From Massalongia carnosa (Eukaryota): a DNA stretch of 64,000 bases. The notes beneath the pieces were generated by a model. That model did not search any database. It had not been told where the DNA came from and worked only from the letters and a program-made list of their open reading frames with translations. The translations under genes were made by a program, and so were the position numbers. The stretch lies in contig OZ287077.1 of NCBI GenBank assembly GCA_965645245.1, forward strand, positions 1,736,001 to 1,800,000, in the 5' to 3' direction. Positions 27,801-36,585 of this stretch are shown here, in pieces. The stretch's first letter is position 1, and each line of letters begins with the position of its first letter.

Positions 27801-28100
27801 CATCAATTCCATCAATTCCATCGACTCCCCCGCATCCTAGTGAAGTAACTTCCCCGCTGCCTACCTTTCCACTATCATCATCAAACTCCCCCTTGTCATC
27901 TGGCACTACCGCTACCGCTACCGTCTCATCGCCAGATGGAATATGCGGTACCTTTCCGCCCCTCTTGCACTGGCTGCCTCTTCTGACAAGCAATATATAG
28001 TTCCTCTTTTCAGACGCCCCTCGTCTTTGATCATTCTTCGCTTTCGGGCTTTTGTTGGGACTTGAAGAAAACAAAGAAGAAACTTATCATCTCTATAAAC

Positions 28101-29990
28101 ATGTCGAACGTTGATTCCATCATCCGGGGTGTTTCCATCCTTGGTCCACTGAACGACCAAACTCGGAAAATCCTTAACAAGGACGCTATTGCCTTCCTTG
28201 CGCTACTGCATCGATCATTCAATGCCAAACGCAAGGAATTGCTGCAGCGACGTGTGACTCGGCAAGCTGAAATTGACAGAGGGTTACTACCCGACTTTCT
28301 CCCAGAAACAAACCACATCCGTGAAAATGCTGCATGGAAAGGGGCTCCGCCAGCACCGGGACTAGTGGATAGAAGAGTCGAGATCACAGGACCTACCGAC
28401 AGAAAGATGGTAGTGAATGCATTGAATTCGAATGTTTGGACCTATATGGCGGATTTCGAAGGTATCTTCTCCGTTGAAGGGGCCAAGACGGTCCAAACTA
28501 ACTGGAAAAGATTCTAGCGCGCCAACATGGGATAACATGATTAACGGTCAGGTCAATTTGTACGATGCGATTCGAAGGCAAATCGATTTCAAGCAAGGCG
28601 GAAAAGCGTACAACCTTCGCACTGACAGAGCGCTTCCGACTCTTATTGCCCGCGCTCGAGGATGGCACCTTGAGGAAAAGCACTTTACTGTGGACGGCGA
28701 GCCTATCTCGGGGAGTCTCTTCGATTTTGGTCTCTACTTCTTCAATAACGCCCATGAACTTGTAAAACGGGGAACGGGCCCGTACTTTTATTTACCGAAG
28801 ATGGAGTCACATTTAGAGGCACGCTTATGGAACGATGCTTTCAACCTTGCTCAGGACCATGTGGCCATGCCTCGAGGAACTATTCGCGGCACCGTTCTTA
28901 TCGAGACGATCCTTGCTGCCTTCGAGATGGAAGAGGTAAAATTCTGTAACATCCTATGCAAGTAGCTACTAACAATCAAAGATTATATACGAGCTTCGTG
29001 ATCACAGTGCTGGCCTGAATTGCGGTAGATGGGACTATATTTTCAGCGTTATCAAGAAGTTTCGCCAGAATCCCGCCTTTGTCTTACCAGATCGCTCTGC
29101 AGTGACGATGACTGTTCCTTTTATGGATGCATATGTTAAGCTTCTGATCAAGACTTGCCATAAGCGAGGAGTACATGCCATGGTAATTTCTCTAGTCGCT
29201 CCCTGAAATCCAAACTAACAACTCCAAGGGTGGAATGGCTGCTCAAATCCCAATTAAGGATAACAAGCAGGCTAACGACGCAGCCATGGCAAACGTATAT
29301 GCTGACAAGCTCCGAGAAGTGAGAGCAGGTCATGATGGAACCTGGGTCGCTCATCCAGCCCTGGCTGCGATTGCATCCGAGGTTTTCAACAAGCACATGC
29401 CCACCGCCAACCAGATGTTTATACGGAGGGAGGATGTTCATGTGACCGCGAGAGATCTGCTCAACATGAACATGCCAGGTACGGTTACGGAAGAAGGGAT
29501 CCGAAAAAACCTGAACATTGGCCTTGGCTACATAGAAGGTTGGCTAAGGGGGGTTGGATGCGTCCCGATTAATTATCTCATGGTAATGGAAATATAAAAG
29601 CCCATTAAGCTTTCAATTCCGAACAGCTTTGGCTTACTTTGTTCCAGGAAGACGCCGCCACGGCAGAAGTCAGCCGCAGCCAGCTGTGGCAATGGTGTCG
29701 CCACGGCGTGACGACGGCCGAAGGCAAGGAGGTCAACAAAGCTTATGCGCAAAAGCTCCTCGGGGAGCAAGCGGACGAGTTGGCGTCCAAGGCCCCGAAA
29801 GGCCACAAGTATCGGCTGGCAGCGCAGTACTTTTCCAACCAGGTCACGGGGGAGGAGTATGCGGATTTTCTGACGTCGTGAGTTTTCGCATGATCTTTTT
29901 GCTTTTGACGTTGCGATGAGGAGCTGATCTGTTGGCTGTAGCTTGCTGTACAACGAGATTACCGCCGTGGGCCCTGCCGCGAAGTTGTAG
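28101..29990 (+). CDS. MLS1: Malate synthase A (glyoxysomal; C-terminal PTS1 -AKL)
   Basis: Predicted exons 28101-28461, 28511-28935, 28982-29182, 29229-29582, 29648-29877, 29942-29990. [65 protein letters not shown]; ends GPAAKL-stop. Confidence 0.97.
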
Positions 29991-30074
29991 GTATTTTGGG
30001 GGGGGTTGGTTGTTGAATGATTCAGATTGCTTATTTCTGCCTGGACTTTCAAATACCTATAAATATATATAATA

Positions 30075-31161
30075 TACCTTAAGGGCGGTTGGGGTATTCG
30101 GACATGGTCTTGAGATGGTCTCAAGATACTATCCACTAGAACGTTCTTGTCATAGTCTATCTACTAAGTGATTACGTCAGTCTGTTTTAAAGACAATCTC
30201 AAATATCTTATAACGTGGAATGCATGTTTTTAATAGTAGAATCTCAAGACGATCATGAAATGAAGATTTTCATTGAATTAGCTCAAAGATTCTTCTGAAT
30301 CAGGAGTGCTTTAAACAGTGTAATATCTGGTCGACGTGATCTCAAGTTTTATTTATGTTAGAGTCGAGTGCAAATAAAACATTTTCTTCGGTCAAGCTAT
30401 CAGCTATCTAGAACAAACCTGAGGCTAAATGTGGCTGCATCAACAACTCTATGCAAAACATCTTTTCTTCATACCAGTACAAAAAAGCAAACATTCACGA
30501 ACTAAGCCCGTCCTCATCTTCGTCCTCGGCCTCGGTGACCTCCATTTCATCCATGATAGCGCCAAATCCCTCCATCTCTTAGATTATTCGACGATCCCTT
30601 TCTCAGGCATTTTGCCCGAGCTGGTTTCAATTTTAAATGATATGGCTTAATGTTTTGATATTTTGCCATTTGAGGAAATGTATCGTAAAACTCTAGAAGA
30701 GAGGTTCGATCTGTGCCTTTGGCTCTGGATGCGTCTAAGTACAATTTCGTCTTGACCGCTAAATTTAAAAAATATACTTTTTTTCATATCAATATGTAAA
30801 TTCCATCAGTTCTCGTATGCCTTGTCACTTACCTTTAATCCAATAGGGCCCTCGAGGCATTGCACCCTTCTTTGAAGACTCGTGGAACATCAAAGTTTTG
30901 GCTGCCCATGGAAAGACTATCTCAGCATCATGATGATCATATTGCTGTGCAAAGGCTTTGAATAGCCTGCTCGAGTCATGCTCGGATTCCAGCAGCCTTA
31001 GGTTGTCTCTCAAGATAGCAGACTGTATGTAGTCCTAAAAACAATCAGAAGTCGAGTATAAACGCTAATAGCAAGCTACATACTTTCATACACGCTAGAG
31101 AGCGATTTTTCCACGTTGAAACGTTGGATTGCACCTTGGTGACTCCCTTCCTGAAATAAAT
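30075..31161 (+). repeat. Left arm of long inverted repeat (1087 bp)
   Basis: Aligned by hand to the reverse complement of 34938-36035, with about 25 differences. Similarity stops abruptly after CCTGAAATAAAT (31161). Confidence 0.95.
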
Positions 31162-31413
31162 ATCTTCCTCATCCACATCTTCTCTTATTGCATTTCGAAC
31201 GATATGCGCTATTTGATCTGCGTTCAACTTGTCATAACGAAGCGCAAATGGCCGCAAAGAAGCCTTCATTCGCATGACTATTAGTTTCCATTCGGAGGTA
31301 ATGGCCTGTCTTCTCCGCGTCTTTTTGGTAGATATTTCTGCCGCTGTTGATCCTGATTGTGTTTCGGCTTGCGTTAAAGGTTTAACCTCTTCATTTGACG
31401 ATGATTCGTTCAT
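30547..31413 (-). CDS. Transposon-borne 3-exon orphan gene (~250 aa), possibly decayed at its 3' end
   Basis: Exon 1 31413-31084; intron 31083-31035 (GTATGT...CTGAT...TTTTAG); exon 2 31034-30833; intron starting GTAAGT at 30832; exon 3 in frame with ORF 30547-30744. The three ORF-track fragments join in frame through canonical introns. Confidence 0.65.
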
Positions 31414-31966
31414 GATTGTATTTGTAATATCAGCATTAATGATAGTGCAATCGAAAGAAAGCGCGAAGCAGTAAAGACAAATGCTAATATTCTGAAATAA
31501 TGTGCTAAAGCCCTAAGAAATAAAATATCAACGCACAAGTGATTCTTCATGAGAATACCTCACCTGCGCACAGAACTAAACTCAGTTATGAGACACGATG
31601 CCTCGTCGCGAATATCAGGATGATGCAACGGAGACTATGATGCTCGACGAAGGTCATGTTTTGAGAAAGAGAAGAAAGCATAAATCATCGACACTGCTTC
31701 AACCGTTCCAGCAGTAAGCCTTCTTCATATCATTCTGAATAAACTCGACCTTGATGATTTCAGTTTTCAGGATCCTCCTCTTGTGGAAAAGACATTGATT
31801 GTTTCAGCATCCACTGTTCAGAGCAGTGTCCCACGGGTCAACTCACTGCCTTTCATAAGTCAACCGATAGACTTTCCTGGCTACGGGTCTACGCAAGCCG
31901 GTTCTTCATACCAACACAATTCTGTATATTCATGAGAAGCAAAAGCAGATCCAGAGTTCAGAACGA

Positions 31967-34937
31967 ATGACAATGGCGCATAAGAAGCGAACCATAGAGA
32001 ATCTCAATAAAATCCAACCATCGTCTAACCAAGTTCCTGAACAACACGTTCAAGACAATTTGCCAGCCGATATAGAGACGGCATTCGATCAAAATAGTGA
32101 TTATGAGCGGGAAACTGATGAAGAGTTTCAAAACGTTCATACTCGGCCTGCTTCAATCGCTGATACATCGGCCTTTGCTGTCAGCTTAATTTCTTCAAAT
32201 GCTATCATGACATTGCCATCCAATCAACTCACGGAATTTGATATAGAAAGCACAGACACCGGTGAGTCTTTCAACGAGTTTGCCCCTTCTGCTCCTGAAA
32301 GCATGATTGATGATGAGATCCGGGTGCCCTCCCGCCCAGTACGAGGAGAAATATCGGATTTCTGCCTGGCTCTCGGTCTCTGGTGTGATAAAGAAGGCAT
32401 CAAGCGACGCACCTATGATGGCCTACTCGAAGTTTTGCAGATTGCTAGACACTCATGAAGTGCGAAATTTGCCAAAGCGACTATCATCTTTGCACTCCTG
32501 GTGCCGTAAGCGCCTTCCCCTTCCATCCATTCAGAAGGCAGCGGTATCAGTACGACGAGAAAAACAACCCACCGGAACACGAAGACCGGCTCAGGCCAGC
32601 GTCTATTACTTCGATGCTCGAATTATTATCAGTATCTTACTTTCAGCCACAACTCAACGAAACATTCATATCGGTATGACAGAGATCGTTGATAGTCCTT
32701 CGGAATACTGGCATTCAAACAGTTGGGGTTCTTCTATTCATACATGTTCCACTGATTTGCGAGATTTCCCGATTCATCCCCTATTTTCCCCTCTGACATT
32801 GTGCAGTATCGCTGTGGCAATGATAAATGTGGGATTATTCATGACAGTCACTGCGGATAGGTCATATTTTTTGGACGTGATCAAAGATCGCGATCTTTGA
32901 CCCTAGGTCAAACTCTTGCCAGGATTCGTCCTTTGATAAGTAGAAAGAACGTCAACGGAAATTCAGTTCCGGTCACATTTGACTGGCCCGAAGATCAGTT
33001 GCTTTTGATAGAAGACGCGGATCAAGATGTCTTATCCGAGCATGTTCTAGCTCGCCGTTTCGATGTAGCAATTTGTAGGAATGATCAGGTACGGTCTACA
33101 GCGCCTGTCTTAATTCGTCAGATATTCAACGTCACGCGAGGAGATCTTAGATCAATCAATCTTTCATCATCGATTCGAGCGGAATTAGAATTAGAAGTCT
33201 TTGGTCGAGAGTGCCTAATCTCACAGCTAATTAAAGGAGTTCAGTCATATTCCCTTGTCATTGTTATCGACGATTTCGGGTTATATCGAAACATGTATCG
33301 TTCCATCACTGGTGTCTATGCCATGCCAGCAGGCTTGCCCGCTTCGGAACGTCAAAAGAGTTTTAATGCTTACACCATTGCTCTTGACCCGCAGGGATCC
33401 GAGTTTAACGATGTGATGAACTGTCTTCATGCCAGTTTGGGAAACATGGATCGTGATTGCATTCTTGAAATCAATGGACAGAAACAAGCGGCTTGGGCCC
33501 CGATTCTAGCATATCTTGGTGATATGAAGCAGCAGCAAGCCTCCGGAGGGTTTCTTGAGCCACGTGCCAACTACTGTTGTCGCTTTTGTGATGCGGGCCT
33601 CCATAATCGAGGAGATTTGCAGCGGGATGTTCTACTTCATGGTCGTTATCATCATGAAGTGTTCACTATACGAAAAAAAGGCCTAGCAATAAAAGGAAAG
33701 ACAAAGAGACTGGCATATCTTACACGAAATGGGCTCAAACCCGAATCTTCTGCGCTTCAGACATTAACCCCGGCGCTTGATCTTATCATGAGTTGTCCAC
33801 CGGATCCGGCTCATAGCGAGTATTACGGACTAGTACGAAGATTGTACCCTTTTCTTTACACGAAAATACTCACGAAACGAGCTGCTGAAGAGTTTACAGC
33901 TGCCTTGCACTGTTTTCCGTTTCCACCTGGCTGGGGCCGAATACAGTCTCCGGCTATTCATATGGCCTCATGGAGTATGAGCGAATGCGCTCGTGCTTCA
34001 GTCATAATACCTCTACTTCTTCGCTGTTGGTTAAGAAATCGTCATGTACGACGACAGCCTTTTCGAAATGGATTGAAAGTTCAGTCTCCTAAAGAACGTC
34101 GCCATTGCGCTTCAGATGAAGATTTGATAGTGTTTTGCTTTGGGAAACTCACATGGAGTAACACGTTAATCTCGTCTTTCGAATTATCCCTCAAAGATCA
34201 TCAAGAATTTCACAGTCAAATCGTCAATGCTCGACAATGTTTTCTAGGTCTGATGAATGCAGCACAAAATCCAAAACGACAAGAAAAGAAGAAAGACAAC
34301 GAGAAAAGTGAGTCTGTCACTGAGGAGTTATCTTTCAGTTCTAGACGAGCATCGATTTCTGAAACATCCATAAACTCCCTTATTGGTGATACAGACACTC
34401 CATTTGAAGAGGCGTCCGTTGGTAATCTTGTGTCAGATCCCGACATGAGACTTTGTGCATCAGTGACTGCTCGGAATGGCGAGGCCGATAAGCTGCCAAA
34501 ATTTCATATCGGTATGCATTTCGAAAGAGTCATGCAGGAGTATGGTGTTCTGTGGAACGTTAATGTTCTCTTTGGAGAAGACAAACATCGCTTTTCAAGC
34601 AAGCCGTATTGTCAACAAATCATCGGAAGCCAGAGCGACAGCTTTTAGTGAAAGCCGCTATCCTCTTCACTGTCGTCGCTCTTTTGAATGGCTCATTTCG
34701 TTATACCGATCCGGAGATCACTCTGCAATTGATTCGTTTGAAGCGGAACTGCCCGGCACTCCTTGAAAGTCTATTATTTCACGGGGATCGCCCACAAACA
34801 GACGATCAGGAGTCGACAAATGACTGTCTATTAGAATCTCCCTCACATTTAAAACCTGCAGTGCGGGGAAAGCTCAAACTTTCCTATGCACAAAATCAAG
34901 GTCTTCCTATCAGAATAATCAACTCCACAGAGCTCCG
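31967..34937 (+). pseudogene. Disrupted DDE transposase, CACTA/Mirage/Chapaev (CMC)- or Plavaka-like
   Basis: Motifs in order: IDDFGLYRN (~33269), GLPASER, LGDMKQQ (~33521), CRFC (~33578), DPAH (~33804), FHIGMH (~34505), GEDKH (~34574). This matches the D...D-C(2)C-H-H(3)H-E layout known for CMC transposases. Frameshifts at ~32440, ~32755 and ~34593; in-frame TAG at 32858-32860; truncated by the right arm at 34938. Confidence 0.8.
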
Positions 34938-35552
34938 ATTTATTTCAGGAAGGGAGTCACCAAGGTGCAATCCAACGTTTCAACGTGGAAACACCGCTCT
35001 CTAGCGTGTATGGAAGTATGTAGCTTGCTATTAGCGTTTATACTCGACTTCTGATTGTTTTTAGGACTACATACAGTCTGCTATCATGAGAGACAACCTA
35101 AGGCTGCTGGAATCCGAGCATGACTCGAGCAGGCTATTCAAAGCCTTTGCACAGCAATATGATCATCATGATGCTGAGACAGTCTTTCCATGGGCAGCCA
35201 AAAATTTGATGTTCCACGAGTCTTCAAAGAAGGGTGCAATGCCTCGAGGGCCCTATTGGATTAAAGGTAAGTGACAAGGCATACGAGAACTGATGGAATT
35301 TACATATTGATATGAAAAAAAGTATATTTTTTAAATTTAGCGGTCAAGACGAAATTGTACTTAGACGCATCCAGAGCCAAAGGCACAGATCGAACCTCTC
35401 TTCTAGAGTTTTACGATACATTTCCTCAAATGGCAAAATATCAAAACATTAAGCCATATCATTTAAAATTGAAACCAGCTCGGGCAAAATGCCTGAGAAA
35501 GGGATCGTCGAATAATCTAAGAGATGGAGGGATTTGGCGCTATCATGGATGA
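34938..35552 (+). pseudogene. 5'-truncated inverted copy of the transposon accessory gene
   Basis: Starts mid-exon 1 (IYFRKGVTKVQSNVSTWKHRSLACME), keeps both introns and exon 3, and has no start codon of its own. Confidence 0.75.
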
Positions 35553-36035
35553 AGTGGAGGTCACCGAGGCCGAGGACGAAGATGAGGACGGGCTTAGTTC
35601 GTGAATGTTTGCTTTTTGTTACTGGTATGAAGAAAAGATGTTTTGCATAGAGTTGTTGATGCAGCCACATTTAGCCTCAGGTTTGTTCTAGATAGCTGAT
35701 AGCTTGACCGACGAAAATTTTTTATTTGCACTCGACTCTAACATAACTATAAATAAAAACTTGAGATCACGTCGACCAGATATTACACTGTTTAAAGCAC
35801 TCCTGCTTCAGAAGAATCTTTGAGCTAATTCAATGAAAATCTTCAAATCATGCTCGTCTTGAGATTCTGCTGTTAAAAACATGCATTCCACGTTATAAGA
35901 TATTTGAGATTGTCTTTAAAACAGACTGACGTAACCACTTAGTAGATAGACTATGACAAGAAACGTTCTAGTGGATAATATCTTGAGACCATCTCAAGAC
36001 CATCTCTCCGAATACCCCCAACCGCCCTTAAGGTA
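34938..36035 (-). repeat. Right arm of long inverted repeat (1098 bp)
   Basis: Begins ATTTATTTCAGGAAGGGAGTCACC at 34938 and ends CCGCCCTTAAGGTA at 36035; reverse complement of 30075-31161. Confidence 0.95.
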
Positions 36036-36095
36036 GGTATTCAAGAACTCTAGCCCCTGAATTAAGTTAAAAAATAAACCAATTCGCAGAAACAG

Positions 36096-36193
36096 CACAC
36101 ACACACACATACACACACACACACACGCAAAAGTAGAGGGCAAAAAACACCCATTCAATCGCACGCACCCCTACCTACCTACCTACCTACCTA
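36096..36193. repeat. (CA)n and (CCTA)n microsatellites
   Basis: CA run at 36096-36126 with one interruption; CCTA tandem at 36170-36193. Confidence 0.9.
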
Positions 36194-36585
36194 TCTATTT
36201 ATTTATCCTAGGTGGTTTGGTTCTGATTTAGCTACCTAGAGCTTCCTCTCTCTATTTTAGTTTTCCTATGCGGATCCGATTTCTCTCGCTCTCTTATCCT
36301 GACGACGACCGCAGCAAACGAGGTACAAAAAATGACCCAGCGAGGTCTGCGCTTTTCTCGGCATCATTAAAAATCTCTCTCCACACCAATCCCCTAACCC
36401 AGTCTCCGCATGCATTAACCCCTTTATGAGATGGGTGTGGGGGGGGGGGGGGGGGTTTAAAGACAGATAAAAGAAAAGAAAAAAAAGGGAGCCGTGCTCG
36501 TTGTCATCTCGTATCCATCTCGTATTCATCTCGTATCCATCTCATTACCCTCTAGCTGCATTTCCTACCCCGAATAAACAAAATG

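Larger units (their letters stand above)
30075..36035. mobile_element. ~5.96-kb non-autonomous DNA transposon with ~1.09-kb inverted arms; CMC(CACTA)/Plavaka-like transposase relic plus accessory gene
   Basis: Left end TACCTTAAGGGCGGTTGGGGTATTCGGA is the reverse complement of right end TCCGAATACCCCCAACCGCCCTTAAGGTA except for one extra C. Identical or near-identical ORFs sit on opposite strands (30547-30744 vs 35355-35552; 30825-31013 vs 35086-35274). A DDE-type transposase lies between the arms. Confidence 0.9.

Noticed and set aside
27737..28000. 87-aa ATG ORF with a TTCCATCAA x3 repeat upstream of MLS1
   Set aside because: S/P-rich text arises from a short tandem repeat and pyrimidine-rich promoter DNA; no independent coding evidence.
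30051..30060. AATACCTA upstream matching TAGGTATT downstream of the element as an extension of the inverted repeat
   Set aside because: Separated from the arm by non-matching bases on the left, and TAGGTA/TACCTA words are common in this window's intergenic DNA.
30429..30650. 73-aa ORF duplicated at 35449-35670
   Set aside because: Antisense to the accessory gene's last exon; duplicated only because it lies in the inverted arm.
34938..35004. Apparent C-terminus of transposase ORF 34609-35004 as a functional fusion
   Set aside because: After 34937 it is out-of-frame read-through into the right arm, and the upstream transposase is already frameshifted.
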